DNA of 64,000 nucleotides from an uncultured Faecalibacterium sp. (GCA_934501115.1 CAKSTO010000001.1:2022-66021); one strand, 5' to 3'; numbered from the stretch's first letter, positions 1-8,711 are shown. Made by a program: numbers and translations. Notes: generated by a model from the sequence alone, not told the origin.

Positions 1-107
1 TTAACAACAGCCAATGAATTGTTGGTGGATAATACGCATGAAAGGGGCATAGTAACACCAGCATCGTATACCTTAACAATTTGCATGACATGAGGAACCG
101 TACCCAT
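1..107 (-). CDS. Partial CDS, the 5' end of a gene that continues past the window start; hypothetical protein
   Basis: On the minus strand an ATG (reverse complement of 105-107) with an upstream GGAAGTGGTG-like RBS opens a frame with no stop up to the window edge (MGTVPHVMQIVKVYDAGVTMPLSC...). It is not in the ORF track because it is truncated. Confidence 0.25.
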   Translation of the reverse strand, partial: MGTVPHVMQIVKVYDAGVTMPLSCVLSTNNSLAVV

Positions 108-229
108 CACCACTTCCTTACTTGATACATATTATTATAGCATTCTGGTGGATTCTTGTCGATACGTTTCGATTGGACTCTTTTTACATTTTAGAAGAGT
201 GTTTTTGGACAAGAGTACTAAAATTAACA

Positions 230-272
230 GCCGCCCAGCGACCTTACGGTCTTGCTGGGCGGCTTATTTTTT
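230..272. terminator. Intrinsic terminator hairpin (gccgcccagc...gctgggcggc followed by a T-run) at the 3' end of the HTH regulator gene
   Basis: A 10-bp perfect inverted repeat at 230-239/254-263 is followed by ttatttttt on the plus strand. It lies immediately downstream of the minus-strand HTH gene stop, so it may act in both directions. Confidence 0.45.
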
Positions 273-590
273 GCGTTTCCACAACAGATATTCTTCGTAG
301 CGGTGCATCTCGTTCTGTTCTTCTTCGGTCAGACGCTGGCGCTGCTTGCGGGCTTCGTCCGAGGGATCGATGTCGGTCAAGCCCAGAAGGTAGTCGGCGG
401 AGGTGCCGTAGAGCTTGCAGATGGCAATCAGCATCTCGTGGTTTGGGGAACTCTTTTCATGCTCCCAACTACGGATGGTAGAAGTTGCAACATTAAGGGC
501 TTTGGCGAGTTCTTCCTGTGTTTGGTTATTCCAATCTCGCAGGTCAGCTAATCGTGCTCCAATCATCCTTTTCCCGCCTTTCTTTGCCAT
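264..590 (-). CDS. XRE-family helix-turn-helix transcriptional regulator (Cro/C1-type); possible controller of the adjacent RM-like operon
   Basis: The 108-aa ORF contains QTQEELAKALNVATSTIRSWE, a typical HTH_XRE motif. It is transcribed divergently from the methyltransferase gene. Confidence 0.8.
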   Translation of the reverse strand: MAKKGGKRMIGARLADLRDWNNQTQEELAKALNVATSTIRSWEHEKSSPNHEMLIAICKLYGTSADYLLGLTDIDPSDEARKQRQRLTEEEQNEMHRYEEYLLWKRKK

Positions 591-603
591 AAGTATAGAT
601 GCT

Positions 604-664
604 TCTTATCACTTTTGGCAAAAAGCGCCGAGAATCTTGTTAATTCACCTTGAAAGTGATAAGA
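604..664. promoter_or_regulatory. Pair of 12-bp perfect inverted repeats (tcttatcacttt / aaagtgataaga), a putative operator in the divergent intergenic region between the XRE regulator and the methyltransferase
   Basis: Read directly: 604-615 is the exact reverse complement of 653-664, with 37 bp between the arms, inside the AT-rich divergent promoter region. Confidence 0.35.
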
Positions 665-743
665 TACTTATTAGTATAGGGCGGAAGCGCTAAGAACATT
701 ATCACTTCCGCCGCAACGCTAAGGCAAAGCGAGGGAATCCCCG

Positions 744-2750
744 TTGGAACAACTGATCGACTTTCACGCACCGGAAGTACAGGCGGTGCTTGAGACCCTT
801 TTAAAAGACCGCTCCACCGGTAAAAACATCATCTGGGCAACCGACCCGCCGGAGGAACTGCAAACGGTAATGTACGAGCCGGTGACGGATAGATCCCAGA
901 TCAATACCCAGCAGCTCGGGCTGACCCACTACGAGGTAGTGCTGCCCCGGATGATGAAGCAGACCGACACCCAGCAGCAGCGCACCCGCAAAAAAGGCGA
1001 AGTATTCTCGCCCGCATGGGTCTGCAACAAAATGAACAACGCACTGGACGCCGACTGGTTCGGTGCGCTGGGGGCAGGGGAGAGCGCCGGGCAGTTCACG
1101 GTGGAGCTGCCCCAAGGCTGGCAGACAGTGGAAACGCCGGTGCAGTTTCCGGTTTGCAAGGGCAGGACCCCGGCATGGGTGCAGTATGTGCAGAGCCGCC
1201 GCTTGGAGGTGACCTGCGGCGAAGCCCCCTTTCTGGCGTCCCGGTACGATGCCGCCACCGGCGAGATGATCCCGGTAGCCCGGCGCATTGGTATTCTGGA
1301 CCGCAAGCTGCGGGTGGTAAGCGAGAACGCCGTCACGGAGGAAGAATGGCTCAAGTTTGCCACCCATGCGGTGCAGTCCACCTACGGCTACGAGTATCAG
1401 GGCGATAATTTGTTGCTGGCACGGGTCAACCTTCTGCTGACCTATGCAGAGCATCTGCAAGCCCGCTGGCAGCGCAAACCCACAAAAGAAGAGTTACAGC
1501 CCATCGCCACCATCATCAGTTGGAACCTGTGGCAAATGGACGGTTTGCACCTCTCTGTGCCCGGCGGCAAGCCTCAGCCGGAGGCAGAACAGCTTGATCT
1601 CTTTTCCATGTTCGGGGCGGCAGAGCCGCAGCCGCCCACGGTATCCTGTAAAGTGAAAAACTGGCGCAAGGGCAGCCATGGAACCGCCCAGAACTTTGAA
1701 ACCATTCAGGAAGGGAGTACCAGCATGAAGTTTGATTATATCATCGGAAACCCGCCGTATCAAAGTATAAACGACCAAAATCATAGACAAAGCCCTGTGT
1801 ATGATAAGTTTATGGAGGAGATATTCAAGACAGGGCGATGTATTGAACTTATTACGCCGGCTCGATTCTTGTTCAATGCAGGTCAAACTCCAAAAGAATG
1901 GAATGAAAAGATGCTGAACGACGAAAACTTTTCGGTTTTGGAATATTATCCAGATAGTTCGAAAGTTTTTCGAGATGTTGAGATTAAAGGCGGTGTTGCA
2001 ATAACGATTCGGAACGAAAAGATAAATTATGGCAAGATTGGATTCTTTACGATTTATGATGATTTGCGACGAATAGTTAGAAAGGTAAAAGACAGTAGAT
2101 TTGTGCCGCTGTCCAATTATGCATACCCAAAGAGCACATATGGATTAGACGTAAAACTATATATTGACCATCCTGAACTGAAAAGCAGGCTGACAAAAGG
2201 TAATCAGAGCATTATTGATGCTAATATTTTTGAAAAAATGCCTGAAATATTTAAGGATGATACTCCGGCAGTTGAAAATGACTATGTCAAAGTCTATGGA
2301 CGACAAAATAGTAAGCGTATTACTAAATGGATTTCCAAAGACTACATCAAAAAGAATGGACATCTGACCCAATATAAAGTTTTTGTGCCGGGAGCTAATG
2401 GTTCAGGTACGTTGGGCGAAACCCTTAGTTTGCCGGAAATAGGCACACCGGGTTCATGTCATACACAAACTTATATGAGCATAGGGGCCTTTGGCACGGA
2501 ACAAGAAGCGATAAATTGCGTCAAGTACATAAAAACAAAATTTTTAAGGGCACTTTTGGGATCTTTGAAAGTAACTCAAAATAATCCGAGAGATACATGG
2601 TCAAACATTCCATATCAAGACTTTACCGCCCATTCCGACATTGATTGGAGCAAGTCGGTGGCGGAAATTGACCGGCAGCTTTACCGCAAGTATGACCTGA
2701 CCGCTGACGAGATCGAATTTATCGAGACCCATGTAAAGGAGATGGCATAA
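744..2750 (+). CDS. Gamma-class N6-adenine DNA methyltransferase (NPPY motif; Eco57I/type IIG-like N6_Mtase family), probably including the target-recognition region
   Basis: The frame opens after the stop at 720-722. The likely TTG start at 744 has a GAGGGAA RBS. The N-terminal region has an FxP/W/KM motif-X-like segment (GEVFSPAWVCNKM), a G-rich loop (FGALGAGES) and the catalytic motif IV IIGNPPYQ (nt ~1746-1763). The 3' ~900 nt are strikingly AT-rich relative to the rest of the gene. Confidence 0.8.
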   Translation: MEQLIDFHAPEVQAVLETLLKDRSTGKNIIWATDPPEELQTVMYEPVTDRSQINTQQLGLTHYEVVLPRMMKQTDTQQQRTRKKGEVFSPAWVCNKMNNALDADWFGALGAGESAGQFTVELPQGWQTVETPVQFPVCKGRTPAWVQYVQSRRLEVTCGEAPFLASRYDAATGEMIPVARRIGILDRKLRVVSENAVTEEEWLKFATHAVQSTYGYEYQGDNLLLARVNLLLTYAEHLQARWQRKPTKEELQPIATIISWNLWQMDGLHLSVPGGKPQPEAEQLDLFSMFGAAEPQPPTVSCKVKNWRKGSHGTAQNFETIQEGSTSMKFDYIIGNPPYQSINDQNHRQSPVYDKFMEEIFKTGRCIELITPARFLFNAGQTPKEWNEKMLNDENFSVLEYYPDSSKVFRDVEIKGGVAITIRNEKINYGKIGFFTIYDDLRRIVRKVKDSRFVPLSNYAYPKSTYGLDVKLYIDHPELKSRLTKGNQSIIDANIFEKMPEIFKDDTPAVENDYVKVYGRQNSKRITKWISKDYIKKNGHLTQYKVFVPGANGSGTLGETLSLPEIGTPGSCHTQTYMSIGAFGTEQEAINCVKYIKTKFLRALLGSLKVTQNNPRDTWSNIPYQDFTAHSDIDWSKSVAEIDRQLYRKYDLTADEIEFIETHVKEMA

Positions 2751-5700
2751 TGGCTGGCATAACCCTGCGCACTGCCCGGCAGGTGGTGCCCATGATCTAC
2801 GCCTATACCACCCCGGAAATTGCCCGGCACAACGGCTGGACGAAGATCGGCTACACCGAGCAGTCGGTGGACAAACGCCTGAAACAGCAGACCCACACCG
2901 CCGATGTGCTGTTCCACGAGGAGTGGCGGGGCAATGCCGTCTACGATGACGGCAGCGGCGAGGTGTTCACCGACCACGATTTCCACGCCTACCTCCGCAA
3001 GCTGAACGTGGAGAACGACCGCAAAAACGAGTGGTTCCATCTGGATGGGCAGCAGTCCCGGCGGTATTTTCAGGATTTCCGCATGAACCGGGGCCGGGTG
3101 CAGCTGGATGCCGCCATCGCCTACACCCTGCGGGAAGAACAGGCAAGGGCTGTCCGCGACACCAAGACCTATTACCAGAGCCACCCCGGCGGAGAATACC
3201 TCTGGAACGCCAAGCCCCGCTTTGGCAAGACCCTTTCCGTCTACGACTTCTGCAAGCAGGTCGATGCACAGACGGTGCTCATCGTCACCAACCGCCCCGC
3301 CATCGCCAACAGCTGGTACAGCGACTATGTGCGCTTTCTGGGCAGGGAGTCCGGCTATCTGTTCGTCAGCCATGTGGATGCCCTTGCCGGGCAGCCCCAT
3401 GTGCTGGACGAGCAGGGCTATCTGGATGCCGCCGCACAGGGCGAGGAACTGTATAAGCGCATCGAGTTCGTCAGTTTGCAGGACATGAAAGGCTCCAAGT
3501 ATTTCGGCGGCGAGTACGACAAGCTGCGCCACCTGACCGAGCTGAACTGGGATGTGCTGGTCATCGACGAAGCCCACGAGGGCGTGGACACCTACAAGAC
3601 CGACCTTGCCTTTGACCGCATCCGCCGCAAGTTCACGCTGCACCTGTCCGGCACGCCCTTCAAGGCGCTGGCGAACGATAAGTTTGCCGGGGATGCCATC
3701 TTCAACTGGACCTACGCCGACGAGCAGGCCGCCAAGCGGAACTGGCAGGGCGCACCGGGGCAGCAGAACCCCTACGCAAACCTCCCCATGCTCAACCTCT
3801 ATACCTACCAGATGTCCGAGATCATCCGGGACGAGATTCGGCAGGGCGTGGAGATCGACGGCGAAACGCAGGAATTTGCCTTTGATCTGAACGAGTTCTT
3901 CAAGGTGAAGCCCAGCGGCAGCTTTGAGCACGACGCCGAGGTGGACCGCTTTCTGGATGCCATGACTACCCAGAACAAATTTCCGTTTTCCACCCCGGAA
4001 CTGCGTGCCGAGCTGAAGCACACCTTCTGGCTGCTGAACCGGGTGGACAGTGCCAGAGCACTGGCGAAAAAGCTGCAGGCGCACCCGGTGTTCCGGGACT
4101 ATGAGGTGATCCTTGCCGCCGGTGACGGCAAGCTGGACGACACGGACGAGAACCAGAAAAGCTTTGACCGGGTAAAAGCCGCCATCGCCCACCACGAAAA
4201 GACCATCACCCTGTCGGTGGGGCAGCTGACCACCGGTGTCACCATCCCGGAGTGGTCGGCGGTGCTGATGCTCTCCAACCTGAAAAGCCCGGCGCTGTAT
4301 ATGCAGGCGGCGTTCCGTGCCCAGAACCCCTGCCTTTTCCACGAAAACGGCACCTTCCGCCGCAAAGAGAACGCCTATGTGTTCGATTTTGACCCTGCCC
4401 GCACCCTGCTGATCTACGAGCAGTTCGCCAACGACCTTTCACAGGACACCGCCAGCGGCAAGGGCGACACCGAGGAGCGCAAGGCGCACATCCAGAATCT
4501 GCTCAACTTCTTCCCGGTCATCGGCGAGGACGAGGAAGGGGAGATGATCCCGCTGGATGCAGAAAAAGTCCTCAGCATCCCCCGGAAGATCAAGTCCAAG
4601 GAAGTGGTGCGGATGGGCTTCCAGAGCAACTTCCTGTTCCAGAACATTTCCAACGTGTTCAGTGCCCCGCAGGAGGTGCTGGACATTCTGCAAAACTTCC
4701 AGCCCATCAGCGAAGCCAAGGCAAAGCCCATCCAGATCACCCCGGAGACCGGCGCAGACCTCTCCCTGAACGACAAGGGCGAGGTGGATTTGGACGAGGG
4801 TTACGTCATCGGCAAGGCAGCGGATGTGTTCGGGGCGAAGATCTACGAAAGCACCCCGGCGCTGGACACCGCCCTGCAAGACCTGACCGATGCCCCGGCT
4901 CCTGCCAAAGAAGAGCATCTGGAACCCCTGAAAAAGAGCATCACCAAGGAGATCATCACCCCCATGGTGGAGCAGGCAAAGCAGGAGTATGGGCGGGACC
5001 TGAAGCTGTCCGACCAGAAGCGGTTTGAGAGCACCGCCAAAGCCAAGATGGACGTGGCGGTGAACAAGGTGGTGGACAACTACCGCATCGACCAGAGCCA
5101 GCTGGAGACCCAGCGCACCCAGCAGCTGCAAAGCTGCACCACCGCCCAGCAGCGCCAGCAGGTGAACCGGGAGTTTGACGCAAAGCAGCAGCAGAGCACC
5201 GCCGCCCTGATGGAGACGCTGCAATCCACCATCCAGCAGACGGCGCAGGAAATGCAGCAGACCATCGTGCGCACCGTGGAGACCAACCAGAAGGAGCAGG
5301 AGAAAAAGGGCTACGAGGACACCGTCCGTGACCATCTCCGGGGCTTTTCCCGCACCATCCCGTCCTTCCTCATGGCCTACGGCGACGAGACCGTGACGCT
5401 GGCAAATTTTGACCAAATCATCCCGGACAAGGTCTTTCAGGAGGTCACCAGCATCACGCTGGAACAGTTCCGCTTTTTGCGGGACGGCGGGCCGTACATC
5501 AACCAAGCCACCGGACAGGAGGAGCACTTTGCAGGCCACCTGTTCGACCCGGTGGTGTTTGACGATTCGGTGAAGGAATTCCTGAACCTGAAGGTCAGGC
5601 TGGCGGATTACTTTGACGAGAGTCGCACCGAGGATATCTTCGATTACATCCCGCCCCAGAAAACCAACCAGATCTTCACCCCCAAGTGGGTGGTGAAAAA

Positions 5701-6058
5701 GATGGTGGACTTGCTGGAACAGGAAAACCCCGGCTGCTTCGATGACCCCGGCAAGACCTTCCTGGACCCCTACATGAAGTCCGGCCTGTACATTACGGAA
5801 ATCGTCAAGCGCCTTTACCGCAGCGAGAAGATGCGGCAAGCCTTCCCGGACGATAACGCCCGGCTGGAACATATCTTTGCCAAGCAGGTCTATGGGCTTG
5901 CCCCCACCGAGATCATCTACCGCATTGCCATCAGCTACATTCTGGGCTTTGCAAAGGATCACGGCATCACCGCCCACCATATCCGTCAGGCCGATACGCT
6001 GGAATTTGCCAAGGCGGGCACCATGGAAAGGGAACTGGATAAGATTTTCAGAGACTGA
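2750..6058 (+). CDS. Large multidomain protein: N-terminal T5orf172/Mug113 (GIY-YIG-like nuclease) domain, SNF2/DEAH-type SF2 helicase, Gln-rich coiled region, and a C-terminal methyltransferase-like N-lobe (motif X and motif I-like, no NPPY)
   Basis: The ATG at 2750 overlaps the TAA of the upstream methyltransferase, which indicates translational coupling, and has an AAGGAG RBS. The N-terminus reads IYAYTTPEIARHNGWTKIGYTEQSVDKRLKQ...NEWFHL, a T5orf172-like pattern. Walker A is FGKTLSV, motif II is VLVIDEAHEG (nt ~3561-3580), the SNF2-type motif is LHLSGTPFKA, and motif VI is QAAFRAQNP. The C-terminus carries QIFTPKWVVKKMVDLL and FLDPYMKSGLYI, which resemble methyltransferase motifs X/I, but the protein ends before any NPPY. 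Confidence 0.8.
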   Translation: MAGITLRTARQVVPMIYAYTTPEIARHNGWTKIGYTEQSVDKRLKQQTHTADVLFHEEWRGNAVYDDGSGEVFTDHDFHAYLRKLNVENDRKNEWFHLDGQQSRRYFQDFRMNRGRVQLDAAIAYTLREEQARAVRDTKTYYQSHPGGEYLWNAKPRFGKTLSVYDFCKQVDAQTVLIVTNRPAIANSWYSDYVRFLGRESGYLFVSHVDALAGQPHVLDEQGYLDAAAQGEELYKRIEFVSLQDMKGSKYFGGEYDKLRHLTELNWDVLVIDEAHEGVDTYKTDLAFDRIRRKFTLHLSGTPFKALANDKFAGDAIFNWTYADEQAAKRNWQGAPGQQNPYANLPMLNLYTYQMSEIIRDEIRQGVEIDGETQEFAFDLNEFFKVKPSGSFEHDAEVDRFLDAMTTQNKFPFSTPELRAELKHTFWLLNRVDSARALAKKLQAHPVFRDYEVILAAGDGKLDDTDENQKSFDRVKAAIAHHEKTITLSVGQLTTGVTIPEWSAVLMLSNLKSPALYMQAAFRAQNPCLFHENGTFRRKENAYVFDFDPARTLLIYEQFANDLSQDTASGKGDTEERKAHIQNLLNFFPVIGEDEEGEMIPLDAEKVLSIPRKIKSKEVVRMGFQSNFLFQNISNVFSAPQEVLDILQNFQPISEAKAKPIQITPETGADLSLNDKGEVDLDEGYVIGKAADVFGAKIYESTPALDTALQDLTDAPAPAKEEHLEPLKKSITKEIITPMVEQAKQEYGRDLKLSDQKRFESTAKAKMDVAVNKVVDNYRIDQSQLETQRTQQLQSCTTAQQRQQVNREFDAKQQQSTAALMETLQSTIQQTAQEMQQTIVRTVETNQKEQEKKGYEDTVRDHLRGFSRTIPSFLMAYGDETVTLANFDQIIPDKVFQEVTSITLEQFRFLRDGGPYINQATGQEEHFAGHLFDPVVFDDSVKEFLNLKVRLADYFDESRTEDIFDYIPPQKTNQIFTPKWVVKKMVDLLEQENPGCFDDPGKTFLDPYMKSGLYITEIVKRLYRSEKMRQAFPDDNARLEHIFAKQVYGLAPTEIIYRIAISYILGFAKDHGITAHHIRQADTLEFAKAGTMERELDKIFRD

Positions 6059-6078
6059 GAAATAGAATACGGAAAACC

Positions 6079-6125
6079 AAAGGCGGCTGTCTGCATGGGT
6101 GCAGATGGCCGCCTTTGCGCTTTTT
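6079..6125 (+). terminator. Rho-independent terminator after the helicase/nuclease gene
   Basis: A perfect hairpin aaaggcggc...gccgccttt is followed by gcgcttttt. Confidence 0.6.
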
Positions 6126-6317
6126 ACGGAATGGAAGGGAGGAATAAGCAATTATTAGAAGGACGAGAATCGTAGGTTTAAAATTAGTTGGAGGTGAACG
6201 ATGCCCATCTGGGCAAGTACCAAAAATTTTCGGTAAATTCTGTGCAGCCTGCAGAAACTAATGGGTACTGTTGCAAAATAACGTAAAATGCGTTACAATA
6301 AAGTTGAGGTGATAACC

Positions 6318-6623
6318 ATGGAAAAAACGATGACGCTCAATCTTCGTGTCAACCCTACCGTCAAGCAGCAGGCCGAAGACGTGCTGAAGCAGCTCGGCAT
6401 CCCGATGGCAACTGCCATTGATATGTACCTGCGCCAGATTACCATGACTGGCGGCATTCCCTTCTCACTATCCCTTCCGAAGGCTCCTGCGGCTCTGAAT
6501 GCTGACACCATGACCGATGACCAACTCCATGCAGCCCTGCAGGTGGGCATCAAAGAGATTCAAAACGGTGATACCGTGGATGCCGCAAGCGCATTCGCAC
6601 AGTTCAGGGAACAGCACAGATGA
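6318..6623 (+). CDS. relB: RelB/DinJ-family type II antitoxin
   Basis: TMTLNLRVNPTVKQQAEDVLKQLGIPMATAIDMYLRQI is a typical DinJ/RelB ribbon-helix-helix antitoxin sequence. The start at 6318 is chosen from GAGGTGA with a 6-nt spacer. The stop overlaps the downstream toxin start (ATGA). Confidence 0.8.
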   Translation: MEKTMTLNLRVNPTVKQQAEDVLKQLGIPMATAIDMYLRQITMTGGIPFSLSLPKAPAALNADTMTDDQLHAALQVGIKEIQNGDTVDAASAFAQFREQHR

Positions 6624-6940
6624 AGCAATATGACGTGAAAATTTCTCGTGCAGCCCTCAGCGATATGGAGCAGATTTACAGCTACATTGCTGACCGTCTG
6701 CTGGAACCTGACACGGCCATGGGACAGTATAACCGCATCGCAGAAGCCATCCAATCGCTGGACATCCTGCCGGAACGCTGTGCGCTGGTTGAAAGTGAGC
6801 CGGAGCGCACCCAGGGGCTGCGGCAGATGCTGGTGGACAACTACTCGGTGTTCTACATCGTGGGCGAGGATACCGTGTCGGTGGCTCGTGTGCTGTACAG
6901 TGCATCTGACCTTGTGCGCCGCCTGCGGAGAATGAAGTGA
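6620..6940 (+). CDS. parE: ParE/RelE-family type II toxin
   Basis: The 106-aa protein has ParE-like features (YDVKISRAALSDMEQIYSYIADRL...). It shows 4-bp ATGA overlap coupling with the upstream antitoxin. Confidence 0.8.
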   Translation: MKQYDVKISRAALSDMEQIYSYIADRLLEPDTAMGQYNRIAEAIQSLDILPERCALVESEPERTQGLRQMLVDNYSVFYIVGEDTVSVARVLYSASDLVRRLRRMK

Positions 6941-6953
6941 AAGGGGTGTTTGC

Positions 6954-8435
6954 ATGACCGCCGTAATCTACGCCCGCTATTCATCGGACAACCAGCGTGA
7001 AGAATCCATCGAAGGGCAGATTCGGGAATGCACGGACTATGCGGAAAAGAACGGCATCACGGTCATCAAGCACTACATTGACCGTGCATTCTCTGCCAAA
7101 ACGGACAATCGCCCGGAGTTCCAGCAGATGATCAAAGACAGCGGCAAGAAGCTGTTTGATGTTGTTCTCGTCTGGAAATTTGACCGCTTTGCCCGGAATC
7201 GTTTTGATAGCGCAAACTATAAGATGATCCTGAAAAAGAACGGCGTCCATCTGATTTCCGTCATGGAACCCATTGCCGAGGGCTCACAGGGAATTCTGGT
7301 GGAAACGCTGCTGGAGGGTATGGCAGAATACTATTCCGCTGAGTTGTCCGAAAAGGTGATTCGTGGTCAGACCGAAAACGCCCTGAAGGGTAAGTGCACT
7401 GGTGGTACGGGAACCATCGGCTACAAAATCGACGAGGACAAGTTTTATCATCTTGACCCGCTGACCGCTCCGCTGGTGCTGGAAGCCTTTCAGCGGTATG
7501 ACAACGGCGATAAGATGGTGGAAATTGTAAACTTCCTCAACGACAAAGGCGTCCGCAATATGCTGGGCGGAAAAATGACCCACAGCAGCGTGAATACCAT
7601 GCTGAAGAACCGTCGGTACATTGGTGAACTGTCTTTCCGGGATATCGTTGTGCCGGATGCAATTCCGGTTATTGTTCCGAAAGACCTGTTTGACCGGGTG
7701 CAGAAGCGTCTGGATAAGAACAAGCGTGCCCCTGCCTGTGGCAAGGCAGACGAGGAATATCTGCTGACCACCAAGCTGTTCTGCGGCAAATGCGGTGCGC
7801 TGATGTTCGGCGAAAGCGGAACCAGTGCCACCGGGCGCACCTACTATTATTATAAATGCGCCAACGTCAAGCGGCGTAAGGGCTGCAACAAAAAGACCGT
7901 GCAGAAGGATTGGCTGGAAGATCTGGTTGTTCGGGAGACCATGAAGCTGATTCAGGACGATGCGGTGATCGATAAGATCGTTCAGCTGGTCATGGATGTC
8001 CAGAATCAGGAGAACACCACGATTCCGCTGCTGGAAAAGCAACTGCGAGAGGTTAACAAAAAGTTGGACAACCTGATGAAGGCGATCGAGGACGGCTTGT
8101 ACACCCGGACAACGAAAGAGCGTCTGGAAGCACTGGAGAACCAGAAAGATGAGCTGACTGCAAAAATTGCAGATGAAAAATTGAAGAAGCCTAGCTTCAA
8201 TGAGGATTTCATCCGATTCTGGCTGATGAAATTTAGAAAGTTCGATATTTCGCAGAAAAAGCAGCGGAAGGCGCTGATTGAAATTTTTGTAAATGCCATT
8301 TTTCTGTACGATGACCGGATGCTGATTACGTTCAATTACAAGGATGGCACCAAAACCGTCCGTTTTGAGGACACTTTGACCGCTGATGGGGTAGAAGGAA
8401 AAAGTTCGGATTTGTCCAGCTCTGCTGGACCATAA
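6954..8435 (+). mobile_element. Large serine recombinase (resolvase/invertase N-terminal catalytic domain, recombinase domain, zinc-ribbon/coiled-coil C-terminus)
   Basis: The N-terminus MTAVIYARYSSDNQ contains the catalytic Ser context of serine recombinases. The 493-aa size, the Cys cluster CGKCG...YYYYKC and the coiled-coil tail match large serine recombinases of integrative elements. Confidence 0.9.
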
Positions 8436-8474
8436 ATCCAACGGTTTCACGTTAGAAATCGTTGGATTTTTTTG
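8434..8474 (+). terminator. Rho-independent terminator directly after the recombinase stop
   Basis: A 10-bp perfect stem aaatccaacg/cgttggattt (8434-8443 / 8460-8469) is followed by a T-run. Confidence 0.6.
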
Positions 8475-8711
8475 TTTGTGTGCTGGTATTATTTGGATTT
8501 ACCCCTCCCCCGATAAAAGATGCTCCGCGAGCCGGACTGTGCGGAATTGTTGGATGTTGCTTGGAGGAGATCGTGCCGCTGGAATGGCAGGACTCTGGAA
8601 AACAAAATATTTTTTTTTTTGTGTGGAATGTGTAGAATATCGCTGAAAGAACTGTGCAGAATCCCCAACAAAAATTGCCCAAACGTGTTGATATTGAGAA
8701 AAATGCTTCAC

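Noticed and set aside
122-693. Small plus-strand ORFs (122-481, 252-551, 415-693) overlapping the HTH regulator gene
   Set aside because: The minus-strand frame encodes a clean HTH_XRE domain. The plus-strand frames are low-complexity and lack RBS or start context.
744-6058. Possible recombinational shuffling (shufflon-like) between the motif X/I region of the methyltransferase and the similar lobe at the C-terminus of the helicase gene
   Set aside because: The two regions are similar only at the protein-motif level. No extended nucleotide identity that could support homologous recombination is visible by eye.
2681-6151. Long minus-strand ORFs (2681-4342, 4439-6151) across the helicase gene
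   Set aside because: They are antisense to the plus-strand gene, which carries clear Walker A, DEAH and SNF2 motifs. Their Gly/Ala/Val/Leu-rich composition is typical of GC-driven spurious frames.
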